Shown: positions 20,253 to 29,870 of the stretch, piece by piece
How positions within the stretch are numbered: the stretch's first letter is position 1
Layout of the letters: each line of letters begins with the position of its first letter
Source of the DNA: Puniceicoccaceae bacterium
Lineage (GTDB): Bacteria; Verrucomicrobiota; Verrucomicrobiia; Opitutales; Oceanipulchritudinaceae
Direction of reading: 5' to 3'
Length of the DNA: 64,000 nt
Assembly (NCBI GenBank): GCA_040830765.1
Contig: JBFOMH010000004.1
Coordinates: forward strand, 160,001-224,000
Made by a program: the position numbers and the translations under genes
Notes under the pieces: model-generated
Database searches by the model: none
Seen by the model: the letters and a program-made list of their open reading frames with translations, nothing else
Told to the model about the DNA's origin: nothing

Positions 20253-22483
20253 AAATCTGGATACTGACATCCGAGACCCCTCACCACTGGGCTGGAGGTA
20301 TTGCCCGATATGTGGACAATTTTGCCCGGGCCGCCGGCCGCGAGGGGAATGCGGTGACGGTTATTTCCCGAGGCGATGAGGCTGGGGTGAGGGAAGTCTC
20401 CGAGGGCTACCGCCTGGTGGAGTTTGTCCACAGATATGAAGCCTCCCGTCACCCGATTTCCGATATCGAGCCCGATGAGCACCCGGGGTGGCCGTTTAAC
20501 AACATGTGTTACTTCGCGGCCCTGAGCTACCAGTATGTCTGGGAAGTCGAGCGTCTGTTGAAGGAGGAAGGCCCACCTGATATTATTGAATGCCAGGACT
20601 ACGCGGCCTTGGGCTACTTCCTTTTGCAGAAAAAGCTCACCGATAAATCCTTCCTGGGGGATACTCCGGTAGTTGTGCACCTGCACACCCCCGATTTCGC
20701 CGTCCAGCAATTCAACCAGTATCCCCGCTACAAGCTGCCTGATTACTGGATCGGCAGGATGGAACGGGCAGCCATCTGGATGGCCGATGCCCTGCTCAGT
20801 CCGAGTCACTTCATTGCCCGGGAAATCCAGAACTTCGTCGAGGGTGACCTGCCAAAGGTAACCACCATTCCCTATCCCTGGCCGGAGCTCCAGCAAGCGA
20901 CAGAGGCCGGTGCCGGTCAGCGGAACCTCCTTGTCTGCCCGGGTCGCATCGAACTGCGAAAAGGGGTCGAGCCCCTGCTGGCGGCATGTGAAAAACTCTG
21001 GCTGGAGGGTGCCAGCTTTACCATGGAGATGGTGGGTGGCGATGTGCACACTCCCCTCAAGGGAGGAAGCCTGACAACCTTCCTCAAAAAGAAGTACGCC
21101 CACCGGATCGAAGCTGGTAACCTTGTCTTTACCGGGGCCTTGCCCCACGCCGACTGTGTCCAGAAGATGTCCCAGGCGGCAGCCATCGTTATTCCCAGCC
21201 TTTGGGAAAACTTTCCCAACACCTGCATTGAGGCCATGTCGCTCGGCAAGGTAGTGGTGGCCTCGGAGCAGGGTGGCCAGGCAGAAATGGTGGGCCCGGA
21301 TGGCTCCTGCGGGTTGACCTTCTCCCATCATGAGGAGGGTTCCCTGGAAAAGGCCCTGCTCAAGGCGCTGGCCATGGATGGGCCGGAGCGGGAGGCCATG
21401 GGGCACGCGGCAGCGGAGCGGATTGAGTCCCTCTGTTCCCTTTCCTCTGTCCTACCGGCCAGGTTGCAGCATTTTCAGGAAGTCATTGAAAGCTATCGTC
21501 CGAAAGCCACTTATCCATTCGTCAACGAGGCGCTTCGGGAGAGTTCAGCAGCCCCAACCTTGCCGGAGGATCCCCTGATCAGTGTAGTGATTCCCTACTA
21601 CAACCTTGGGAAATATCTACAGGAGTGCATCGACTCTGTCTATGCCAGCGAGGGGTCGCGGTTTGAAGTGGTTATTGTCAATGACGGTTCAAATGACCCA
21701 CAGAGCCTCGAGGCGCTGGAGATGATCCGTCAGGGGGACTATGCCGGCCTGCGGATCCTCGATATTCCCAACGGCGGACTGGCCAATGCCCGGAATGTCG
21801 GGGCAGAGGCGGCTTCCGGCGAACTGGTGGCCTTTGTCGATGCGGATGACAGGGTGGGGCCCCGTTTTCTGGCCCGGGCCACGGCAGTCATGCAGCGCTA
21901 CAGTAATGTTCACCTGGTCTATTCCTGGGTGCGGTTCTTTGATGGGGGCCTGGGCATATGGCATTCATGGTCCTTTGATCTGCCCTATCTCCTCTGCCAC
22001 AACCAACTGGTCCCCATCGCCATGGTGCGCCGTGACACCTTCCTCAAGCACGGGCGCAACAAGTCCCATATCATTTATGGACTGGAGGACCTTGAGGGGT
22101 GGATATCGCTCGCCGAGGCAGGTTGTGGCGGGGTCGCCATCCCTGAACCACTGGTCCAGTACCGCATCCGCGGCGATTCCATGTTCAAGGCGATCGAGCC
22201 GGACAAGAAACTTTATCTCTACGACTTGATATCCGCCGAGCATCCGGATCTCTATGCCCGTTACGGGCTAGAGCTCTTTAATCTGCAGAACGCCAACGGA
22301 CCTGCCTTCGGATGGGACCAGCCGACCATGTTCCGCGCGCCGCAAGAGCGACTCCTGGGGCAATTGGAAAAGCTATCTCAGCTGGAGCAGCAAAACAAGG
22401 TCCTCCTTGAAGCCGAGGCCTGGTACCGCAAAACCTTTGCCGGGGAAATTGAAGCCCTGGAAAAGGAACAGTCCGGGGAATAG
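20249..22483 (+). CDS. bifunctional glycosyltransferase GT4-GT2 (paralog 2)
   Basis: 'GRIELRKG...PSLWENFP..CIEAM'; 'VVIPYYN..VNDGS..VDADD'. Confidence 0.88.
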   Translation: MKIWILTSETPHHWAGGIARYVDNFARAAGREGNAVTVISRGDEAGVREVSEGYRLVEFVHRYEASRHPISDIEPDEHPGWPFNNMCYFAALSYQYVWEVERLLKEEGPPDIIECQDYAALGYFLLQKKLTDKSFLGDTPVVVHLHTPDFAVQQFNQYPRYKLPDYWIGRMERAAIWMADALLSPSHFIAREIQNFVEGDLPKVTTIPYPWPELQQATEAGAGQRNLLVCPGRIELRKGVEPLLAACEKLWLEGASFTMEMVGGDVHTPLKGGSLTTFLKKKYAHRIEAGNLVFTGALPHADCVQKMSQAAAIVIPSLWENFPNTCIEAMSLGKVVVASEQGGQAEMVGPDGSCGLTFSHHEEGSLEKALLKALAMDGPEREAMGHAAAERIESLCSLSSVLPARLQHFQEVIESYRPKATYPFVNEALRESSAAPTLPEDPLISVVIPYYNLGKYLQECIDSVYASEGSRFEVVIVNDGSNDPQSLEALEMIRQGDYAGLRILDIPNGGLANARNVGAEAASGELVAFVDADDRVGPRFLARATAVMQRYSNVHLVYSWVRFFDGGLGIWHSWSFDLPYLLCHNQLVPIAMVRRDTFLKHGRNKSHIIYGLEDLEGWISLAEAGCGGVAIPEPLVQYRIRGDSMFKAIEPDKKLYLYDLISAEHPDLYARYGLELFNLQNANGPAFGWDQPTMFRAPQERLLGQLEKLSQLEQQNKVLLEAEAWYRKTFAGEIEALEKEQSGE

Positions 22484-22517
22484 CCGGATACATGGGCAAT
22501 GATGGGCTGGAGGTGAA

Positions 22518-24629
22518 TCACCAGCGGGTGAATTCGAAGCGGTGCAGGGCAATGCCCAATTTCCTGGAATCTTCCCCGATACCAAGCGAGGCCGGTGAAA
22601 TGGAATCCGGAGTTTCAATTCTTAAAATCCTGGCATCCTTCTGAATCGGCAACGACAGAGTGACGGGGGGATCTCGAAAGGAGATTACAGAATTAAAAAT
22701 CTCCTCCTCACCCAATGTCAGGCGAACCCGTTGCTCTGGATGGGAATCCGGGGTGTAAGCTCGAAATTCAAGGTTCAGCCAGAGGGGATAGTCTTCCTCC
22801 GCATACTCCGGTATGATGATGACCGCATCTTTGGAAATACTCCAGATACCCCATTCCTCTTTTACGGACCAACCCTTTAGGGTCAGACCTTCAAGGATAG
22901 CGGGACTTTCCTGTAGCAGGTCCCTGCCGATCCAATAACCCTGGCTCTTTTTCTCCAACCAGAAATAATTTTGACGATTGTCAATTTCGGGCAGCGGTTG
23001 TCCCCAAACACCATTATCGAAATCAAAAAAATAGAGTTTTCCGCTGATGCTATTCAGAGCAGCCCAAAGAAGGGCATTTGAGAAAACATCCGGGGCATTA
23101 AGGTCTCTCAAACTCCAGTCGGGTGGATAAAAACCCGACCGCCCTCCACAAACAGGCATATTCCAGTGCTGGGCGTAACTTATACCGCCCGACTGGATGG
23201 TATAAATTTCGTATTCATCTGCGCTTCGGGAATACGGAACAAATGCGGTGGCATCAACCGGAGGCTCCGGAAGGTTTTCCAGTGCCTTCAGCAGTTCAGT
23301 CCGATTCATATGAGTGTTGGGAGTCAGTTGTATTTGCTCGGCAAGAAGTGAAATGGAAAGAAGCGCAACCAACAGGACTCCGGCCCTTTTTTGGAATTGG
23401 CAAGCCAGCTCACGCAAGCCCCACAGGATGACCGGGATGGCCGGAACCACCAGGAAAACCATGAATCGAATGCCCACCCGGATTGCATCCGCGCCGGGCA
23501 CCACTGAGTAAGGCAGTATCCAAAAGCTCAACAGGCCAAGGCGCATTGTCATCAGGAAGCTGATTATCAGGGCAATCCCGGTAACAAGGTACCAGGCCTC
23601 CCGGTCTGTGCGAAGGGCCCAGCGTCTTCTCCAGAGGACAATGCCGGTGGCAACCACCAACACGGCAAAGATCGGGGTAGGGCCCAGCTCCAGTTCCCAT
23701 GGCTTAAAGCCGTTGTATTCGGGTAGGTGGCCGTTGATTTTACCCCACAACAGGTTGGATTCGCTGTGGTTGATGAAGTCCCAGGGATAGGGGAGTGACT
23801 TGATAGACTCGCCCAGGGTCCGGCCCCCCTGTGAAACCCGGACCGGCAAGTAGGTTATGAGGAACAGGCTCAGCCAGCCAGCCGCGATCAGAATTCCTGG
23901 AAAAAATTGCAGCCACAGGCCGGGCAGGCGTTTCAGCTCCTCCCGGATGCGCCCTATATCCAGAAGACAGACCGCCGCGAGGAACCAGACAATGAGAAAG
24001 AGGAAACAAAACCAGGCGATATAAAAGGTGCTGTAAGCCACCAAACCATAAAGCAGGCATAAGCCTGCAAAGGAGAAAAAGAGTCGCCGCGGGTTGCTTT
24101 TAAAATCCTGCCATGCCTGCTCGAGAAGGACAGCCACCCATGGCATGAGCCATACGGCCTGCAGCTGGATGTGGGTATTCCTTGAGCTGATGTAAACAGG
24201 CGAGGCAACCAGGAGGAGAATCGAGCCGAGAAGCACGAGAACGAATCCCAGCTTCCGGTAGCGGGAAAGCCAGATAAACATGCCTGCGAACCCAGTAGCG
24301 GCACAGGCCATCTGGGTCATTTGAAAAGCCAGGAAAGGATCCAGTCCGGCAAGGCGAAATACGGAATGGACCATCCCACCGAGAAGGAACGTGTCCGTAT
24401 ACCCGAGAACATGCTCTACCGGATAAAAAAACCCCAACTCAAACCACCCCTCCTTGCCCTGGAGCACCCGGAACCAATGCTCATGCAGGCAAGCTATCAG
24501 GCGTCCGTCCCGCAAATCCCCGACAATCCATTTTCCACCTGAGAGGATGAAGTACCGGAAAAACAGAAACAGTCCGGTCAGGCCGGCCAGCAAAACCATG
24601 ACTGTCTTGATTATCCAGTGCCAGCGCAT
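22518..24629 (-). CDS. polytopic membrane protein, GT-C/YfhO-like, with C-terminal extracellular beta domain
   Basis: Many TM segments, 'GDLRDGRL', 'FFYP..LGYTD'; ATG at 24629 avoids overlap with the upstream gene. Confidence 0.7.
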   Translation of the reverse strand: MRWHWIIKTVMVLLAGLTGLFLFFRYFILSGGKWIVGDLRDGRLIACLHEHWFRVLQGKEGWFELGFFYPVEHVLGYTDTFLLGGMVHSVFRLAGLDPFLAFQMTQMACAATGFAGMFIWLSRYRKLGFVLVLLGSILLLVASPVYISSRNTHIQLQAVWLMPWVAVLLEQAWQDFKSNPRRLFFSFAGLCLLYGLVAYSTFYIAWFCFLFLIVWFLAAVCLLDIGRIREELKRLPGLWLQFFPGILIAAGWLSLFLITYLPVRVSQGGRTLGESIKSLPYPWDFINHSESNLLWGKINGHLPEYNGFKPWELELGPTPIFAVLVVATGIVLWRRRWALRTDREAWYLVTGIALIISFLMTMRLGLLSFWILPYSVVPGADAIRVGIRFMVFLVVPAIPVILWGLRELACQFQKRAGVLLVALLSISLLAEQIQLTPNTHMNRTELLKALENLPEPPVDATAFVPYSRSADEYEIYTIQSGGISYAQHWNMPVCGGRSGFYPPDWSLRDLNAPDVFSNALLWAALNSISGKLYFFDFDNGVWGQPLPEIDNRQNYFWLEKKSQGYWIGRDLLQESPAILEGLTLKGWSVKEEWGIWSISKDAVIIIPEYAEEDYPLWLNLEFRAYTPDSHPEQRVRLTLGEEEIFNSVISFRDPPVTLSLPIQKDARILRIETPDSISPASLGIGEDSRKLGIALHRFEFTRW

Positions 24630-24645
24630 TGAGGAACCTTTCGAA

Positions 24646-26007
24646 CTAAAAGCCGATTTGCGCCGAAAGGCTGCGGTTGGCCGGTACCTCCGGAGCATCT
24701 ATCTTCATGACCTTCAGGGCCTCCGAGGCCACCCGGATGGAGTTGTTTACCGAACGCTCATCCGGATAGATATGTGCCATGCTGGCGATGAAGAGGCCAC
24801 CTACCGGGGATTGGCACTGCGGTACCCGGGTGGCGAAGTTAAGGTCGCAAACGGTCGCTGCGGTTTCAGTCCGGAATACGTGGACACTCTTTAAGTGCGA
24901 CGGACTGAATTCCGGGGAAAGCCTTGGTAGCTCGGCCAGCATCAGCGCTTCCAACTCGGCCTTGGAAAGGCGGGCAATCTCCTCCTGCTTGGAAAAGTAG
25001 CGCGAGAGATAAGCGATATGGCTCCCGCCATAGTTTTCCGGACCGATAAAGTTGGTCTGCTCAATAACCCCGCCGAAGGGAAAGCCGGGATCGGCAACAT
25101 TCAGCCAATACACCGGTACCAAGGGCCGGTCCATCTCCAGGATCGTGCAGACTGCTCCAAAGTACTCGATGCCGGCCAGCTGCCTTGCATAGTCGGGCCG
25201 CTCCTGCTCAAGCAAAGGGGCCAGCCTGTTGGTTGGAATGGTTGAGAGGAATGCGTGGCTGCTGAAAGAGCCCTTGGGCGTCGTCACACCCTTCAGGGAG
25301 CCATTCACAATTTGCATGGACAGGACGGGGGCATCGGCAACCAGCTCGACGCCGTTCTGCCGGAGCTTATCAAGCAGGGTGTCGAGCAAGCGCCCAAGGC
25401 TTCCCTCAAGATACCCCAGCCGCTCCTCCCCAGCGCTCTTGCGCGAGGCCATCCGCTGTCTCAACCGCCCGATCATCCAGCGTAAGGGAACCTGGTCCGC
25501 ATAGGGGCCAAATTTGATCTGCAGCATTGGATTCCAGATCGCTTCCGCCGATCCTTTGCCGGCCCAGCGATGCAGCCAGGACTGGGCGGAAACTGCTTCA
25601 CCGCCACCTGGTGAGGCCAGCCGTCCAAGATAATAACTGGATGCCGCAAACCTGAATTTATCCGGCCAGTTGAGCGGTTTGAAACCGATCAGATCACGAG
25701 GGCCGTTGAAGGGAAATACCTGTCCGTTCCGGAATACCCCCATCGTGCTGGGATGGAAGATGAGGTGCTTCTCCAGCTCCAATTCCTTCAACAACCAGAG
25801 GATTTCCGCATCATGGGTGAAAAAGTGATGGTAATAATGTTCCAGCCGGTTGCCACCGATCTCAAAGGTGCTCAGCAGTCCGCCAAAGTTGGAACTGCCC
25901 TCAAGGACCCGCACGCGCTTGCCTTTACTGCTGGCCAGGTAGGCGGCTGTCAGTCCGGTTATACCGCCGCCAATGATAGTCAGGTCAGTTGATTCGTCGC
26001 TGGGCAT
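24646..26007 (-). CDS. NAD(P)/FAD-dependent oxidoreductase (amine oxidase/HemY-like fold)
   Basis: 'IIGGGITGLTAA', 'GGL..LEHYYHHFF', 'YPDERSVN'. Confidence 0.85.
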   Translation of the reverse strand: MPSDESTDLTIIGGGITGLTAAYLASSKGKRVRVLEGSSNFGGLLSTFEIGGNRLEHYYHHFFTHDAEILWLLKELELEKHLIFHPSTMGVFRNGQVFPFNGPRDLIGFKPLNWPDKFRFAASSYYLGRLASPGGGEAVSAQSWLHRWAGKGSAEAIWNPMLQIKFGPYADQVPLRWMIGRLRQRMASRKSAGEERLGYLEGSLGRLLDTLLDKLRQNGVELVADAPVLSMQIVNGSLKGVTTPKGSFSSHAFLSTIPTNRLAPLLEQERPDYARQLAGIEYFGAVCTILEMDRPLVPVYWLNVADPGFPFGGVIEQTNFIGPENYGGSHIAYLSRYFSKQEEIARLSKAELEALMLAELPRLSPEFSPSHLKSVHVFRTETAATVCDLNFATRVPQCQSPVGGLFIASMAHIYPDERSVNNSIRVASEALKVMKIDAPEVPANRSLSAQIGF

Positions 26008-26016
26008 AAATTGGGC

Positions 26017-26982
26017 TCAGGTGGGTTTAACGTCGTCGATACCCTGTGTTTCACGAATGATCCAAGGTGGCCGTTGTTTAACTTCCTCGAATATCCGTAC
26101 CAGATACTCGCCGACGATCCCGAGGCAAATCAATTGGACCCCTCCCAGGAATAGAATGGCAATGACGATTGTGGCAAACCCCGGCACCGGAGCAAGGCCG
26201 ATGAGGGCAAACTGTTCGGCGAATACTCGTTGCAGAAAGGTAAAGATGACTCCTGCCAACGAGATCAGGGAAATCCAAAAACCCATATGGGAGGCTAATC
26301 GCAGCGGCAGGCCGGAAAAATTGAAAATACCGTCCGCCGCCAGCTTGATAAGCTTCTGGAAGTTGTACTTGGCTTCCCCGGCTGCCCGGGAATGTCGTTC
26401 ATAGGGCACACCCACTTGTTTGAAGCCGCTCCATGCCCGAAGACCGCGCAGGAAACGGTTTCTTTCCGGCATGTTGTTGATGACCGCCACAACCTTCGCA
26501 TCCATGAGACAGAAGTCCCCTGAATCGAGGGGGATTTCAATGGAGACCAGTTTTCTCATGAGCCGGTAGAAGCCCCAGTAGCAAAGTCGTTTCAGTGGTC
26601 CCTCTTTCCGTTTTTCGCGAATGGCATAGACAACCTCGGCCCCGTCCTTCCAGGTATCGATAAACCGGTGCAGTTCCTCGGGCGGATCCTGCAGATCCGC
26701 ATCCATCAGGAGAACTGCATCCGCATCGGTGGAATGTAACAAGCCCGCCGAAAGGGCGCTTTGATGACCAAAATTCCGCGAGAAGGAGAGAGCCTTCCAT
26801 CTGGGATCCTGGCGATGCTGCTCTGTCAGCAGTTTCCAGGTGGCGTCGCTTGAGCCGTCATCGACACAGATCACCTCCCAGTTCAAATCCCAGGATTCGG
26901 CCGCCCGGGTGAGCCGGTCAAACAACAGGGGAAGTACCGCTTCCTCGTTAAAGCAGGGGATGACGATATTAATTTTTTTCAT
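26017..26982 (-). CDS. GtrB/ArnC-like polyprenyl-phosphate glycosyltransferase (GT2)
   Basis: 'PCFNEE', 'FSRNFGHQ', 'MDADLQDPPE', 'GDFCLMD', two C-terminal TMs. Confidence 0.9.
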   Translation of the reverse strand: MKKINIVIPCFNEEAVLPLLFDRLTRAAESWDLNWEVICVDDGSSDATWKLLTEQHRQDPRWKALSFSRNFGHQSALSAGLLHSTDADAVLLMDADLQDPPEELHRFIDTWKDGAEVVYAIREKRKEGPLKRLCYWGFYRLMRKLVSIEIPLDSGDFCLMDAKVVAVINNMPERNRFLRGLRAWSGFKQVGVPYERHSRAAGEAKYNFQKLIKLAADGIFNFSGLPLRLASHMGFWISLISLAGVIFTFLQRVFAEQFALIGLAPVPGFATIVIAILFLGGVQLICLGIVGEYLVRIFEEVKQRPPWIIRETQGIDDVKPT

Positions 26983-26996
26983 TTCCTGTCAGGGGT

Positions 26997-28946
26997 TTAC
27001 TGAGCGCTCGTTCCATCCACTGGGGATGAAAATTCAACCATATGGACGAACATGCCAAGAATGCGACTATCTTCACTCTCCATTACCTTGCTGGGGCTGG
27101 TGGCAAGGGGGCAAACAATCTTGAGCTCATTTACGTTCCTTATATCGGCGGACTCTAAATCAAAGAAGATGCTACTAGTCGTCCCTGAATCGGTACGCTG
27201 GAAAACCAGCCGGTTATTCCAGAAGACATCAAAAGGTCTGTCTCCGAAGGTATTACCATGTATTTTGACCCTCAATGCCTGTGGCATCAATTCGCCAATC
27301 CGGATGCTTGCCTCCTGGCCTGTCCAACGACCGGTTGCTTCGGGCAGGTGCCAATCGCCCTGCAGCATGGGCTCAATGCCTGTGTCCGCCAGTGAAAGCG
27401 ACCTCACCGGTTCCCCTTTCTCAATATAACGGGCCAGTTTTTCCTGCCTCTGCGGTAGGTACTTGTAGAATTCGGAATGGCGTCTGATGCCATAGTCCTC
27501 ATCCAGAAGGGTAGTATCAATCCTGGCCTTGTAGGCAGGGAACTTGGTGCCCTGTGGAAGGGGGACAGAGCCGTGAGGCATCTTGTCCCTGAAGATGAGC
27601 CATTGGTCATCCTGGACAATGGCCCATCCCTCGAAATCGTAGTAACCCAGCCGGTTGATTGTCCGCACTGTGAAAATCTCCGGATGGGGTGTATACAGGC
27701 CGGGGAAAAACTTGATAACGGCAGCCGCCAATGGCGTATGGTAGACGTAGCGCTCCTCCTTGTACGGATGATAGGAAAGAAGGTGTGACCCGCCTAACAA
27801 AACAAGTAGGGCTACGACTACCCGGCGTCGAACCTTCCCCTCAATGATCATCGAAGCCTGAAGCCAATAAAACAGCGGGAAAAAGAAACAAATGTGCCAA
27901 AGCGCATAACGGCTCAGGCCAACCGTCATGCCGTGGTTGAAGTGGGTAGTCTTGGAACTGGCGTATAGCAGGAAGAGTGAAGCCAGGAGGCAGATGGCAG
28001 ACAATCCAACAGGAGGCAGCTTCCTCATCCGGATCGCCACCCATACAACCGCAATCGTCAAGACCAGGCCCAAAGGCCAGTTGGGGAACAGGCCCAGGTT
28101 AAGATCAAGGAAAGGGATCCAGAAAGTGCCTGTTGCGCCTTCAGCCAGCTTGGCTGAACCCGTAAGGAGCTGCGGGGTGGGCGCGCCGTACCGGACCATG
28201 TAGTAGACTGGGTGGATGGCGACAAGGAGCACCACCAGGGCAAACAGCAATACATGGACGAGATTGAACTGGCGCTGAAAGGGGGATTTCCACAAAGGGA
28301 GCAGGCTCAAGGCCGCTGGAATGGCAAAGGCCGGATTCTGGGTGGAAAGGGCGGCGAAGCAAAGCCCGGCATACAGGTAGTGGGATCGCATCAGGAGCGC
28401 CACTGCTGCAAGAGAGACGGTTACCGTGAAGAACTCGGTGTGGACCTTGTTGATGTACCAAATGGCGGGGGAGAAAACAACCAGCCCGGCATAGACCAGG
28501 AAGCCCCGCCAACCAAACAAGCGGCGGATAAGATAGCCCGCCCCCAGGAACAGAAGGGCGTGGAGAATCAAAAAGGCCCCGGTCGGACCGAGTCCTGTCC
28601 AGGCCAAAGGCTTCCAGATAATGCTGCCGAGCAAACTGTAGAACCAGAAATGAGGAAAGTCCCGTTGGCCGTTTTTTTCCAGCTGCGGCAGGTACAAAAC
28701 AGGTGAGTCGCCAGGCAGAAATTTTGCCAGGGCCCCGTTTTCCCTGAGGTCGTCGTAGGCTTCCCAGGATGCGTCGGTCATCCACGGCCGGCCAGTTTCG
28801 GCCAAGGCAACCAGCATCGCCTGATACTCGCTGGCGTCCCCATGGGGATTCGGCTCATTGAATAATATCAACAAAGCCGACACTACCAGAATGACAATAG
28901 CCCACTTCTTCAGTTCTGACACTTTGCCTGACCAGAATCGATGCAT
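26997..28946 (-). CDS. polytopic membrane protein, GT-C-like, with C-terminal extracellular beta domain
   Basis: 'GDASEY' first-loop motif, multiple TMs, C-terminal domain resembling that of 22518..24629. Confidence 0.68.
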   Translation of the reverse strand: MHRFWSGKVSELKKWAIVILVVSALLILFNEPNPHGDASEYQAMLVALAETGRPWMTDASWEAYDDLRENGALAKFLPGDSPVLYLPQLEKNGQRDFPHFWFYSLLGSIIWKPLAWTGLGPTGAFLILHALLFLGAGYLIRRLFGWRGFLVYAGLVVFSPAIWYINKVHTEFFTVTVSLAAVALLMRSHYLYAGLCFAALSTQNPAFAIPAALSLLPLWKSPFQRQFNLVHVLLFALVVLLVAIHPVYYMVRYGAPTPQLLTGSAKLAEGATGTFWIPFLDLNLGLFPNWPLGLVLTIAVVWVAIRMRKLPPVGLSAICLLASLFLLYASSKTTHFNHGMTVGLSRYALWHICFFFPLFYWLQASMIIEGKVRRRVVVALLVLLGGSHLLSYHPYKEERYVYHTPLAAAVIKFFPGLYTPHPEIFTVRTINRLGYYDFEGWAIVQDDQWLIFRDKMPHGSVPLPQGTKFPAYKARIDTTLLDEDYGIRRHSEFYKYLPQRQEKLARYIEKGEPVRSLSLADTGIEPMLQGDWHLPEATGRWTGQEASIRIGELMPQALRVKIHGNTFGDRPFDVFWNNRLVFQRTDSGTTSSIFFDLESADIRNVNELKIVCPLATSPSKVMESEDSRILGMFVHMVEFSSPVDGTSAQ

Positions 28947-29102
28947 CAAAGGCTGTAGAGTCAGCAAGACTGCTGTTTATCTGCAAGCTTATAACCCGGC
29001 CTAAAGGGGCATGGGTCAGGTCAGGAAAGGCTCATTAACGTTTGCTCGATTCACCGGATAGAGGATTGCCAGTGTCCGTGAAAGCCTTTTCCTTGAGGAA
29101 AG

Positions 29103-29795
29103 ATGAAAGCCTCTGTCGTTATTCCCTGTTACAACGAAAAAACGACCATCCGGACAATCGTCGAGCGGGTTAAGAATGCCGATGTTGGTCTGCACGAAAT
29201 CCTCATCGTCGATGATTATTCAACGGACGGTACCCGGGAAATCCTCAAGGAAATTGCCGAGGATCCGGTCGTCAAGTTGCGCTTTCATGAGGTCAACCAG
29301 GGAAAGGGAGCTGCCCTGCGGACCGGTTTCAAGGAAGTGACCGGCGACGTGGTCATCATTCAGGACGCCGACCTGGAGTATGATCCCGTGGAGTATCCGG
29401 TCCTGCTTGAACCGATTCAATCGGGCGTCGCCGATGTGGTCTTTGGCTCCCGGTTCATGGGCGGCCGGCCGCACCGTGTGGTCTATTTCTGGCATATGAT
29501 CGGGAACCGCTTCCTGACACTGGCCTCCAATATGCTGACCAATATCAACCTGACTGACATGGAAACCTGCTACAAGGTCTTCAGGCGGGAAGTTCTCGAA
29601 CAGATTGAGGTGGAGGAGAACCGCTTTGGTTTTGAGCCGGAAATCACGGCCAAGATCTCCCGCTTGAATTGCCGGATCTACGAGGTCGGCATTTCCTACT
29701 ATGGCCGGACCTACGCCGAGGGAAAGAAGATCGGCTGGAAGGATGGCTTCCGGGCCATCTATGCCATTCTCAAGTATAACCTGTTTAAGAGATGA
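29103..29795 (+). CDS. DPM1-like GT2 glycosyltransferase
   Basis: 'NQGKGAA', 'QDADLEYDP', 'TDMETCYK', '[10 protein letters not shown]', '[10 protein letters not shown]'. Confidence 0.9.
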   Translation: MKASVVIPCYNEKTTIRTIVERVKNADVGLHEILIVDDYSTDGTREILKEIAEDPVVKLRFHEVNQGKGAALRTGFKEVTGDVVIIQDADLEYDPVEYPVLLEPIQSGVADVVFGSRFMGGRPHRVVYFWHMIGNRFLTLASNMLTNINLTDMETCYKVFRREVLEQIEVEENRFGFEPEITAKISRLNCRIYEVGISYYGRTYAEGKKIGWKDGFRAIYAILKYNLFKR

Positions 29796-29804
29796 GCGTT
29801 GAGG

Positions 29805-29862
29805 GTAGCGAGCGCCTTTACGGCGCGACCTGTCTGCATCGCGCCATAAAGGCGCTCACTAC
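29805..29862. repeat. GTAG-type REP doublet (inverted repeat)
   Basis: GTAGCGAGCGCCTTTACGGCGCGA ... TCGCGCCATAAAGGCGCTCACTAC: 24-nt arms with 2 differences. Confidence 0.75.
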
Positions 29863-29870
29863 GATTGGAA

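Noticed and set aside
19979..21406. 475-aa minus-strand ORF
   Set aside because: Antisense to well-supported glycosyltransferases and has no domain features.
24646..26007. Call as protoporphyrinogen oxidase hemY/hemG
   Set aside because: Only the FAD-binding fold is shared; the context is glycosylation, so no symbol was given.
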